From Deltaproteobacteria bacterium (lineage in GTDB: Bacteria; Myxococcota; Kuafuiibacteriia; Kuafuiibacteriales; Kuafuiibacteriaceae), in contig JAVJQW010000061.1 in NCBI GenBank assembly GCA_040218735.1, positions 160,001 through 224,000 of the forward strand: a DNA stretch of 64,000 bases, given 5' to 3'. A program made the translations under genes and the position numbers. Below are positions 49,285 through 57,846 of this stretch, piece after piece; positions within the stretch are counted from its first letter, which is position 1, and every line of letters starts with the position of its first letter. The notes beneath the pieces are model-generated. The model did no database searches and had not been told where the DNA came from. It worked only from the letters and a program-made list of their open reading frames with translations.

Positions 49285-50202
49285 GTGACGCTCGTGGGGG
49301 TCCTCCTGGCCGTGGGCCTCGGATCGTCCGCGCGGGCCGGTAAACCCGCGAAGGGGCCCCCGCGACCGCAGCGCGCCGCGCAGCCCCCGCCTTACAAACC
49401 GTTCAACCTGTACAGCCTCCTCGACCCGGCCTCGCTGACGGCCGAGATCGAACGGCGCCACCTCGCGCCGGGCCACCTCGACGCGCGGCTGGAGCGGCTG
49501 ACGCGCGGGATGGTCGCCGCCCCGTACTTACTGTCGGCGCTCGGCGAGGGACACGCGCCCGACCCGGATCCGCGGATGCGCTTCGACGCGTTCGACTGCA
49601 CCACGTTCGTGGAGACTTCGCTCGCGCTCCTGCAATGCGAGGACCTCGAGGACGTGAAGGCGACGCTGGATCGGATCCGCTACACGGACGGAAAGGTCGG
49701 CTTCATGCACCGGCGCCACCTGATGACGAGCCAGTGGATACCGGAGCTGATCGACGCCGGGTACCTCGTCGACGTCACGCGCGGCATCGGCGCCGAGAAG
49801 ACGAAGATGATCCGGCTGAAGCTGACGAAGAAGCGCTGGAAGAACCGCCGCGTCGCGAAGACGCTGAAGCTCGACGACGGCGTCGTCCCCGTCGGGACGT
49901 TCGAGCTGCCGTACATCACGATCGCGGACGCGCAGAAGATGCTGCGCTCGTTCCCGTCCGGCGCGGTGGTGAACGTCGTTCGCGCGGACGTCGCGGGCAC
50001 GCCGGACGTCATCACGCACCAGGGGCTGTTGATCCGACGCCCGCACGAAGATCGGCTCTACGTTCGGCATGCTTCTCCGGTGTCGAAGCGGGTGATCGAC
50101 GAACCCTTCGCACGGATGCTGTGGCGCTACACGAAGCCGCGGAAGTGGCCGATCATCGGCGTGAACGTGCTGAAGATCGTGCCGCCGAAGGACGTGAAGT
50201 GA
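49285..50202 (+). CDS. DUF1460 N-acetylmuramoyl-L-alanine amidase-like protein (NlpC/P60 fold)
   Basis: PY....LGEG, FDCTTFVE, R.H...W, THQG, RHAS. Confidence 0.85.
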   Translation: MTLVGVLLAVGLGSSARAGKPAKGPPRPQRAAQPPPYKPFNLYSLLDPASLTAEIERRHLAPGHLDARLERLTRGMVAAPYLLSALGEGHAPDPDPRMRFDAFDCTTFVETSLALLQCEDLEDVKATLDRIRYTDGKVGFMHRRHLMTSQWIPELIDAGYLVDVTRGIGAEKTKMIRLKLTKKRWKNRRVAKTLKLDDGVVPVGTFELPYITIADAQKMLRSFPSGAVVNVVRADVAGTPDVITHQGLLIRRPHEDRLYVRHASPVSKRVIDEPFARMLWRYTKPRKWPIIGVNVLKIVPPKDVK

Positions 50203-51149
50203 CCAAGGGCTGGGCACGTCCGCGCGGGCGGCAGAAGAAGCGACCGCCGCGCGAGATCGCGACGGATCCGATCGGCGCGGAGCTGTTGAGCTACGCGGTG
50301 AAGTCGCCGGCGGAGGTGAACCGAATCGATCTCGATCGCTTCCTCGTCGAGACGAGCGCCGAGCAGCTCGGCTCGCGCGCCCCGCCGGTCGAGCGGCTGC
50401 TGCGGCTCGCGATGGTCGCGGTCCGGTGCACGGAGACCGACGCGCAGCCCGAGGGCTGGCTCGCGCTGAAGCGCATCTGCGATCGCGCGCGGCAGATCGC
50501 GAAGCGCGAAGTCATGGACGTGCTCGTCACCACCGCGAACCTCGCGGGCGCCTGCGCGAGCGGGCGCGACGAAGAGCCCCACGATCCGGACCCCGTCGCG
50601 GTGCGCATCCGCCGCGACGCGTACGCGGCCGTGCACGAGGCGCTCTCGATCGAACCGGACCACGAGGCCGCGCACGAGGTGCTCGGCCGCATCGCCTTCG
50701 AGGATCCCGAGCGCGACACCGCCGACGCCCTCCACGCCTTCCTGCGCGCGGGGGGTTCGCCGCTCGTGACGTACTACGTCGCGTGCTGTCAGCAGGAGCT
50801 CGGCCGCTTCGCCGACGCGCTCGCGACCTACGACCGCGTCGACGTCGGCGCCTTCGATCGCATGGGTGAGTCGTGGCGCCGCGAGGTGTTCCTGGAGAAC
50901 CGTGCCTTCTGCGCGTGGCGCGCCGACGATCTGGAGCGCGCCGAAGTCGAGTTTCGCGCGCTCGTGGATCGCTGGGAGAAGGACCTCTCGCTCGCGCTCG
51001 ACGCCCCGCTCGTCTCCCTCGTCGCGGCGGGCGCCGGCCCGTTCCGCGATTCACTCGGCCCCCGCGTACGGAGGCTCTGCGTGCACGTGGAGGATCGGGG
51101 GCTGGTGAAGCTGTTCGACACGCTCCGCCAGGAGCACGACTCGCGGTGA
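50199..51149 (+). CDS. TPR-like helical hypothetical protein
   Basis: GTG overlaps upstream stop; ALSIEPDH..AHEVLG, YYVACCQQELGRF.DAL. Confidence 0.62.
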   Translation: MTKGWARPRGRQKKRPPREIATDPIGAELLSYAVKSPAEVNRIDLDRFLVETSAEQLGSRAPPVERLLRLAMVAVRCTETDAQPEGWLALKRICDRARQIAKREVMDVLVTTANLAGACASGRDEEPHDPDPVAVRIRRDAYAAVHEALSIEPDHEAAHEVLGRIAFEDPERDTADALHAFLRAGGSPLVTYYVACCQQELGRFADALATYDRVDVGAFDRMGESWRREVFLENRAFCAWRADDLERAEVEFRALVDRWEKDLSLALDAPLVSLVAAGAGPFRDSLGPRVRRLCVHVEDRGLVKLFDTLRQEHDSR

Positions 51150-52357
51150 GGATCGCGGCGGCCAGCTTGCTCGTCGCGCTGGGTTGCGCGAGCACCCCCG
51201 ACCGAGGCGCGTGTCCCTCCGACGAGGCGGCGCCGGCGACCAACCCGTTCCTACTCGCGGGGGACTCGCCGTACCGGACCGACCCGGTGCTGCGCGCCAA
51301 GGTGGAGAAGAGCGCGCACCGCTTCTTCCGCGCCGGAAACGAGGCGTTCACGCGCGAGGTCTGCCGCGCGTTCACGGAGGTGCGGGCGACGATCCCCATC
51401 GTGACGCTGCACGGCGACGCGCACCTCGAGCAGATCGCCACGCGGGACGATCGGGTCGGGCTCGTCGACTTCGACGACTCGGTCTCGGGGCCCTCCGTGA
51501 TCGACGTGGTGCGGTTCGGCGTGTCGGTCGCGCTCGTCGCGAACGAGCGCGGGTGGCCGCGGCGCGACGCGGTGCGGGCGTTCCTCGACAGCTACATCGC
51601 GGCGCTCTCGGAGGCGCCGGCGCCGCCGATGCCGCCCGCGATCGCGGCGCTCAACGCGGCGCCGCGTCCGAGCCCCGCCGAGTTCCTCGCGAGCGCCGAC
51701 GCATTGATGGTGCTCGGGACCCCGCCCGACAAGGTGCAAGAGTCGATCGAGACCTGGGAGCGCTACACGAAGCTCATGGTGCGGATGCACCCCGAGCACG
51801 ACGCTTCGTTCTACCGCGTCAAACGGAAGGGTCGCCCCCGCAGCGTGGGCGTGGGGAGCGCGACGACCAAACGTGTGTTCCGGCGGATCGAAGGGCGCAC
51901 GCCGGCCGACGACGACGATCTGATCCTCGAAGCCAAGGAGATCACGGAGCGCGGCGCGTTCCCGTGCACGCAGGGGCGCGGCGGGCTCTCGATTCGCATC
52001 ATCATGAGCGCGCTCCAGTTCGGCGGTGACGATCCGTTCGTCGCGATCATCCCGCGCGACCCGAGCGAGCCGATCGACGACGACCCGTGGTGGGTCCAAT
52101 CCTGGTCGCCGCGCTACGCCGAGCTCGACGTGGCCACCGCTTTTTCACGGAAGCAGGACCTAGCGGACGTCGCGAGCTTCGCCGCGTGGCAGCTCGCGAA
52201 GGGACACACGAGCTTCCTGCCGCGCCCGTACGACGTGCAACTTCGGTTGCTCGCCTACAACGCGGCGGTCGAGCACCGCGCGCGCATCGAAGCGTTGATC
52301 GAACGACTAGCGAGCCAGATCGAGGAAGCCCACGCCGCGCTCGTCGCGACGCGCTGA
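51146..52357 (+). CDS. DUF2252-family kinase-like protein with lipoprotein signal
   Basis: MRIAAASLLVALGC; FFRA, HGDAHLEQ, DFDDS, GVGS, LILEAKE. Confidence 0.75.
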   Translation: MRIAAASLLVALGCASTPDRGACPSDEAAPATNPFLLAGDSPYRTDPVLRAKVEKSAHRFFRAGNEAFTREVCRAFTEVRATIPIVTLHGDAHLEQIATRDDRVGLVDFDDSVSGPSVIDVVRFGVSVALVANERGWPRRDAVRAFLDSYIAALSEAPAPPMPPAIAALNAAPRPSPAEFLASADALMVLGTPPDKVQESIETWERYTKLMVRMHPEHDASFYRVKRKGRPRSVGVGSATTKRVFRRIEGRTPADDDDLILEAKEITERGAFPCTQGRGGLSIRIIMSALQFGGDDPFVAIIPRDPSEPIDDDPWWVQSWSPRYAELDVATAFSRKQDLADVASFAAWQLAKGHTSFLPRPYDVQLRLLAYNAAVEHRARIEALIERLASQIEEAHAALVATR

Positions 52358-52360
52358 TCG

Positions 52361-55234
52361 TCACGGAACCTGGACGAGGTTGCCCTCGAGGATCAGGTAC
52401 GAGCTGTGGAAGCGCGTCTGCGCGTTGCCGAGGCCGAGGACGATGTTCGGGGGGAGGTAGCCGCCGGCCATCGACGACAGGTCGAAGGTCGGGAGCGGGA
52501 TGCCGGCGATGACGTCGGCGACGATCTGCGGGACGAAGCCGTTGATGATCGCGTAGAGCGTGTCGCGGAGCGCGACCGGATCCAGGAGCGTGTCGAGCGA
52601 CGACTCCACGTCGAGGACGATCTCCGGGTTCGGCGCGAGCGTGAACTGCAAGACACCTTGCGCGTCGACCGAGATGTTCGCGCGGATCTTCGCGTGGGCG
52701 AAGACGCGGGCTTCGATCATCGGGAAGTTCGGGATGCCGCTGACGTCGAGGTCGATGCCGAGGTCGCCAATTGCTATCTCCACCGGCCACTGCGCGTTTC
52801 CGGTCGGGCGGACGACGGGCGGCAACATCGGGTCGGCGGTCGCCTCGATGTTCACCATCGAGCCGTTGTTGTTCACCTGGCCGTTGAAGAACTGTGCGAG
52901 GTCGATGTGGAACGCGCCGCCGTACCACGCCGAGTACATCGCCTGGTTCAGCAGGTCGTAGCCGAGCGCGACCGCGAGCGGGTCGCTGCTCGAGAACGAC
53001 GGGAGGTTCTGGACCTCCTGCAGGATGCCGCCGCGCGGCTCGGGGGAAAACGCGGGCGTGGCGAACAACGTCGTGTCCATCCCGATGTTCCCGCCCGCGG
53101 TGTCGAACTGCACCATCCCCAAGCCGGACCGTAGCTCGAGGCGCGTCGAGAGCGGCGCCGGCAGGTTGAAGCCCGTCGACAGATCCAGAGAGTCGAGGAA
53201 GTCCTCCACGACCGGCGGGATCTCCGCGCGAATGATGTCGCGGAACGCGGTCTCGAGGCGGCTGGAGATCGCGCCGCGGAAGAGGTTGATGATGCCGTCG
53301 ATCGCCCAGTCGATGATCGACGGGAGGTTCAGGTTGATGTTGAGCCCGACGATGTTCACGTTGGCGCTCGGCATCGACACCACCGAGCTGTTGCCGCTGC
53401 GCGAGATGTTGAGGTTGCCGGACACCACGATGCGCTGCGCCGTGGCCGTGCCGCTGACGTTGACGTTGATGTCGCAGACGTCGCCGCTCGTGTGCATGTT
53501 GACGACGACGTTCGGGATCGACGCGTACAGATAGAGCCCGCCGTTGCGCGTGGTGATGTTGATCGTCGGCGTCCCGAAGTTGACGGCGTCGACGTACAGA
53601 CGGAGGCGGCCGCTGAGGAAGAGGCAGCTCGAGTTGTAGGTCGTCGCCGGGTCCGGGATGATCGAAGCGACGTCGAGGTTCTGGATCGCGAGGCGCGCGA
53701 TCGTCGCGAGGTCGTCGACGTCGTTGGCGTTGTCGTCGAGCGCTGCCTGACCGAGGTGCGCGATGATGCCGTCGTTGACGCGCCCCGATAACTGACGCGA
53801 CGGGCTCGCACGTTTGTACGACGAAGCGATCTCGAACGACTGCGCGAGCTCACGCACGTTGCCGGCCTCGTCGACCGCGGTCGCCTCGATGACGTTGATG
53901 CCCCACGACGGGTCCATCGGGACGGAGAAGTCACCCTGCGCGTTCGGCGTGACCGGCTGCCCGTTCACGAGGAAGTCGGTCACGGAGCTGACGAGGTCGG
54001 TGACGTTGCCCTGGAGCGTGAGGGTGTCGGTCGGATCCGCCTGCACCATCGCGCCGCGCGCCGGGAACGTGAAGGTGATCTGCGGCGGCAGCCCGTCGAC
54101 GACGAGCATCATCGTGTCCTCGACCGTCGCGCCCATGTGCGTGGGCGGGTCGACGGTGGCGACGAGGGTGATCATTCCGTCGCCGACCAACGACGCGCGG
54201 GTCCCGAGGTCGTTCACGGAGCCCGCCGGTATGCCGTAGAACGTGACCGCGACGTTCTCGATCGCGTTGCCGTAGATGTCGGCGGCGGTGAGCTCGGGCT
54301 CGACGATGTCGCCGCTCGCGTAGATCGGCTTCGTCGGATCCAGCGCGACGATCTGCACCGTCGCCGGATCCGCGGGGCGCACGCCGACCACGAGCACGTC
54401 GGAGGTCACGCCGTGGGCGGGTAGGGTGCAGGTGACGTCGTAGTCCTGCGCGACCGTCGCGACGAAGCCGGTCGCGTCCTGCGTGTCGGGCGCGGGCGTG
54501 ACGTTCACGTTCGCCGTCACCGTGACCGGGTTCGCGTAGGCGTCGACCGCGAAGCACGACACCTCGACGCGCTCACCCGCGACCGCGGAGCGCGGCGTGG
54601 CTTCGACGACGAGGCGCGCGGGGTCCGCCGGCACCACCGCAAGCTCGGCCGTTACCCGGTCGAGCATGCCGAGGCGGCACTCGACCTCGTAGGTCCCGAC
54701 GTTCTCGGCGAACAGCCGCTGCGACTGAACGGTGACGCTGCGGCTCGGGGACGCGCGGACCTGCGCGTCGGTGGTCGCGGTGCGGTTGCCCTCGGTGTCC
54801 TCGAGCTCGCAGGTGACGTCGACGGGGAAGCCGGCCTGCGCGGTCGTGGCGGAGAGCGTGGCGACGACGCGGACAGCGTCGGACGGGATGACGACGAGCG
54901 AGGCGGGCGTGACTTCGTAGTCGGCGACGACACACGCGACCTCGTAGCGCCCCGCGGCGCGGCCGACGATCTGCGGGCCGGTGAGCTCCACGCCTTCGGA
55001 CGGCGTGACCGTGACGCTGATGCCGGCGCCTTCGAGCTTCTCGGTCGCGCCGTCGCTCTTGTTCGCGATGCACTCGACGCTGACCGCGGCGCCGGCGACG
55101 ATCTCATCGCCGGAGAGGACGGTGGTGACGTCGGTGATCGTCGGGTCGTCGACCCGGTGAATCGTGCCGCCGGGGTCTTCGGCGCAGGCCGCGAGGGCGA
55201 GCACCGCGATGACAGTCAGCTTCCGTTTGTGCAC
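52361..55234 (-). CDS. Large lipoprotein: Ig-like repeats + C-terminal BPI/LBP(TULIP)-like region
   Basis: GTG after GAGGTGG RBS; lipobox LAAC; repeated AG..V.V.C...D..GN Ig-like units; C-terminal LNQAMYSAW.GG and IPLP.FDL pattern. Confidence 0.72.
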   Translation of the reverse strand: MHKRKLTVIAVLALAACAEDPGGTIHRVDDPTITDVTTVLSGDEIVAGAAVSVECIANKSDGATEKLEGAGISVTVTPSEGVELTGPQIVGRAAGRYEVACVVADYEVTPASLVVIPSDAVRVVATLSATTAQAGFPVDVTCELEDTEGNRTATTDAQVRASPSRSVTVQSQRLFAENVGTYEVECRLGMLDRVTAELAVVPADPARLVVEATPRSAVAGERVEVSCFAVDAYANPVTVTANVNVTPAPDTQDATGFVATVAQDYDVTCTLPAHGVTSDVLVVGVRPADPATVQIVALDPTKPIYASGDIVEPELTAADIYGNAIENVAVTFYGIPAGSVNDLGTRASLVGDGMITLVATVDPPTHMGATVEDTMMLVVDGLPPQITFTFPARGAMVQADPTDTLTLQGNVTDLVSSVTDFLVNGQPVTPNAQGDFSVPMDPSWGINVIEATAVDEAGNVRELAQSFEIASSYKRASPSRQLSGRVNDGIIAHLGQAALDDNANDVDDLATIARLAIQNLDVASIIPDPATTYNSSCLFLSGRLRLYVDAVNFGTPTINITTRNGGLYLYASIPNVVVNMHTSGDVCDINVNVSGTATAQRIVVSGNLNISRSGNSSVVSMPSANVNIVGLNINLNLPSIIDWAIDGIINLFRGAISSRLETAFRDIIRAEIPPVVEDFLDSLDLSTGFNLPAPLSTRLELRSGLGMVQFDTAGGNIGMDTTLFATPAFSPEPRGGILQEVQNLPSFSSSDPLAVALGYDLLNQAMYSAWYGGAFHIDLAQFFNGQVNNNGSMVNIEATADPMLPPVVRPTGNAQWPVEIAIGDLGIDLDVSGIPNFPMIEARVFAHAKIRANISVDAQGVLQFTLAPNPEIVLDVESSLDTLLDPVALRDTLYAIINGFVPQIVADVIAGIPLPTFDLSSMAGGYLPPNIVLGLGNAQTRFHSSYLILEGNLVQVP

Positions 55235-55275
55235 GACCACCTCTTCATTATCCCCCGCGTCGTCACCGCCGTTGC

Positions 55276-55290
55276 CCAAGTTCCGTGCCT
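55276..55290 (-). promoter_or_regulatory. Putative promoter AGGCACGGAACTTGG (sigma54 variant or ECF -35)
   Basis: About 42 bp upstream of the 55234 start; 14/15 identical to 33408-33422. Confidence 0.35.
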
Positions 55291-55413
55291 CTAGGACAGA
55301 CGCCCGAGTTACGAACTGACAACCCCGGTGACCCTGATCACCCCTTACTGTAAGCGATCTGCTCCGAAACGCCGCTTGCGACGGCGTGTCAGCGAACGTT
55401 AGGAGGCCGGTCG

Positions 55414-55719
55414 ATGGCGCAACCCACCGAGCTGCAGCAACGGCTGGAGGCCGAAGTCATGGAGGTGGAGTGGGATGCCCTGCTCCCGCACTTTGGACGC
55501 GGCGCGTTGGTCATCGTCGCGCCGGAGGTGCCGCTGGTTCAGGTGGCGATGGCGGTCAGCCTGGACCTGAAGGACGACGTCGCCCAGTGGATGCAGAACG
55601 GGATCGTCTCGAAGCCCTCCGACGAGGCGGCGAAGTCTTGGGCGCGGGACACCCGCTTTCGGTTCGTGATCGTGCAGCCGTTCGTGCTCGCGCAGCCGAT
55701 CCCGACCGAGTCAACGTAG
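55414..55719 (+). CDS. DUF2288 family protein
   Basis: AGGAGG RBS; W..L.PH..RGAL..V...L..VA..D....V..W, IVQPFVL.Q. Confidence 0.85.
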   Translation: MAQPTELQQRLEAEVMEVEWDALLPHFGRGALVIVAPEVPLVQVAMAVSLDLKDDVAQWMQNGIVSKPSDEAAKSWARDTRFRFVIVQPFVLAQPIPTEST

Positions 55720-57771
55720 CCGGATGCGCACGTGCCGGCCCGGCCGGATGTAGACCTTCGACACCCAGCGCGGTTTGCGATCGCCGGGGCGCCGCAGCGC
55801 CACGACGTGGTGCCCCACGTGAATGCGCGCGCGCTTCAGCGGCGTCCGCCCGAACGGCTTGCCGCCGACGTAGATCCAGCCGCCGGGCCGCGTGAGGATC
55901 GAGAGCGAGCCGTAGCTCGAGGTGGTGCGACGCTTCGGCGCCGCGCGCCGCGCCGCGGAGGTCTTGGGCGCGGCGCCCCGAGCGCCCGCGGTCGCCGCTG
56001 GAGGCGCCGCCTCGTCGGCACCGGCCACGTCGGGTCCCGAGGCGTCCGAACGCACCGCACCGACGCCACCCGCGAGCTCTGCGGCGCGCTCGCCGACGTT
56101 CGACCGCGACGTACCACTTCCGCCCGCGACGCCCGCGCCGCCCGCGCCGTTCGACGGCGCCACGACGCTTCCCTTCGCGGCGCCTGCGGCGCGCCCGCCG
56201 ACGCCCGCGCCGTCCGAAGGCGCCACGACGCTCCCGTTCGCGGGGCCCGCGTTGCGCTCGCCGACGCCCGCGCCGTTCGACGCCGCGCCACCGCCTCCGT
56301 TCGCGAGCGGCGACGGGTCCCGCATCGAAGCGACCGCCGCCCCGTCCGCGGCGGAGGCTCCGCGCTCGACAGTGTCCCCGGGCTCACCGGGACTCGCCGC
56401 CCCGCCCGAGACCGCGGCGGCTCCGACCCCATCGTCCGCCGTGTCCGCCGAGGCGCTCTCCGCGCCGGCCTCCTCGACGACGTCGTCCTCCTCCTCGACG
56501 ATCACCTCCGTGTCGTCCTCGACGTCACCCGCCTCGGCCTGCAGATCCTCGGGCGCGTCCGCCGGCATCCCTTCGGCGATGGCCTCCTCGACCGGCGTCC
56601 GCGACGCGGCGACGTGCATCGGCGCCGGGAGCCATCGAGCGATCTCGGTCCGTCCGCGCGCCCAAAGCGCGGACGCCCGCTCCGGCGCGACGAGCGCTCC
56701 GAGACCCAGCGCGAACATGAGCGTGAGCAGGAGCATCGAGAGCCTGCCGAAGCGACGACGCTTTGGCGGCGTCACGCCGGACGCGACCGACGAACGGCGC
56801 GAAGGCGTCGCGTTGAGCTCCGTCGTCTCGGCGACCGTCTCCCCCGCGAGCACGGCCGCGAGCCACGCGCGGTGTTGGCGCTCGGCGTCCGCGAGCTCGC
56901 GCTCCGCGAAGTCCTCCAGCGACTCGCCGCCCGCGTCGGCGAGGTACTTCTCGAGCGCCTGCGCCATCTCCTTCGCGTCGGCGTAGCGCGCTTCGGGTTT
57001 CAGCTTCAGCCCGCGCAGGACGATCGCGTCGAGCGCGCGCGGCGAGCCGGCGATCTTCGACGGCCGCGGGATCTTCTTCCGATCCGCCGCCACCGCCGGC
57101 CCGTGTTTGCCGCCGAACAGCGGGCGCCCCGTGAGCAGCTCGTGCAGCACGACGGCGGCGCCGTACACGTCGGCGCGGCGGTCCACCGGGCGCTTCGCCA
57201 ACTGCTCCGGCGCGACGTACGAGATCTTCCCCTTCACGAGCCCGCTCTGCGTCTCCTGCGCTTCACGCCCGCGGACCAGCGCGATCCCGAAGTCGAGGAT
57301 TTTCACCTTCCCGTCGAACGTCAGCATCAAGTTCTGCGGCGTGACGTCACGGTGCACCACACCGAGCGGCTTGCCGGCGAGGTCCTTCAGCTCGTGGGCG
57401 GCGTGCAGCCCGCGACACGTCTCGGCCACGAGGCGCGCGGCGACGGACGGCGGCAGCGGCCCGTCCTGCATCGCGCGCAGACGCGACAGCGACAGGCCCG
57501 AGATGTACTCCATGGCGAGGAACAACGTCCCGCGCTCTTCGCCGAAGTCGTAGACCTGCGCGACGGCGGGGTGCGCGAGGTTCGAGAGGACCTTCGCCTC
57601 GTCGAGGAACATGCGGCGAATCTCGTCGTAGCGGACGAGCTCCCCGCGGATGACCTTCACCGCGACGAGTTTCTCGAACCCGTGGGCGCCGACGCGCTTC
57701 GCCAACAGGACTCGGCCCATGCCCCCCGTCGACAGCGGCGTGACGACCTCCATGCCGCCGATCGTCGTCAC
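55711..57771 (-). CDS. Membrane Ser/Thr protein kinase with C-terminal PEGA domain
   Basis: GGMG.V, VAVK, HRDVTPQN, DFG, APE, DVYG; TM helix; G.TPL...GHH.V. Confidence 0.92.
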   Translation of the reverse strand: MTTIGGMEVVTPLSTGGMGRVLLAKRVGAHGFEKLVAVKVIRGELVRYDEIRRMFLDEAKVLSNLAHPAVAQVYDFGEERGTLFLAMEYISGLSLSRLRAMQDGPLPPSVAARLVAETCRGLHAAHELKDLAGKPLGVVHRDVTPQNLMLTFDGKVKILDFGIALVRGREAQETQSGLVKGKISYVAPEQLAKRPVDRRADVYGAAVVLHELLTGRPLFGGKHGPAVAADRKKIPRPSKIAGSPRALDAIVLRGLKLKPEARYADAKEMAQALEKYLADAGGESLEDFAERELADAERQHRAWLAAVLAGETVAETTELNATPSRRSSVASGVTPPKRRRFGRLSMLLLTLMFALGLGALVAPERASALWARGRTEIARWLPAPMHVAASRTPVEEAIAEGMPADAPEDLQAEAGDVEDDTEVIVEEEDDVVEEAGAESASADTADDGVGAAAVSGGAASPGEPGDTVERGASAADGAAVASMRDPSPLANGGGGAASNGAGVGERNAGPANGSVVAPSDGAGVGGRAAGAAKGSVVAPSNGAGGAGVAGGSGTSRSNVGERAAELAGGVGAVRSDASGPDVAGADEAAPPAATAGARGAAPKTSAARRAAPKRRTTSSYGSLSILTRPGGWIYVGGKPFGRTPLKRARIHVGHHVVALRRPGDRKPRWVSKVYIRPGRHVRIRLR
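56141..56283. repeat. 63-bp tandem duplication (2.3 copies) in the kinase extracellular linker
   Basis: CCCGCGCCGT starts at 56141, 56204, 56267; encodes 21-aa GAGV..GSVVAPS units. Confidence 0.75.
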
Positions 57772-57846
57772 CGGCGCGGAGCATGGCAGCGCGCCGGGCG
57801 CGTCCGCAACTCGGGGCGAACGCGCGCGTTCATCGCGCGCCGTCCG

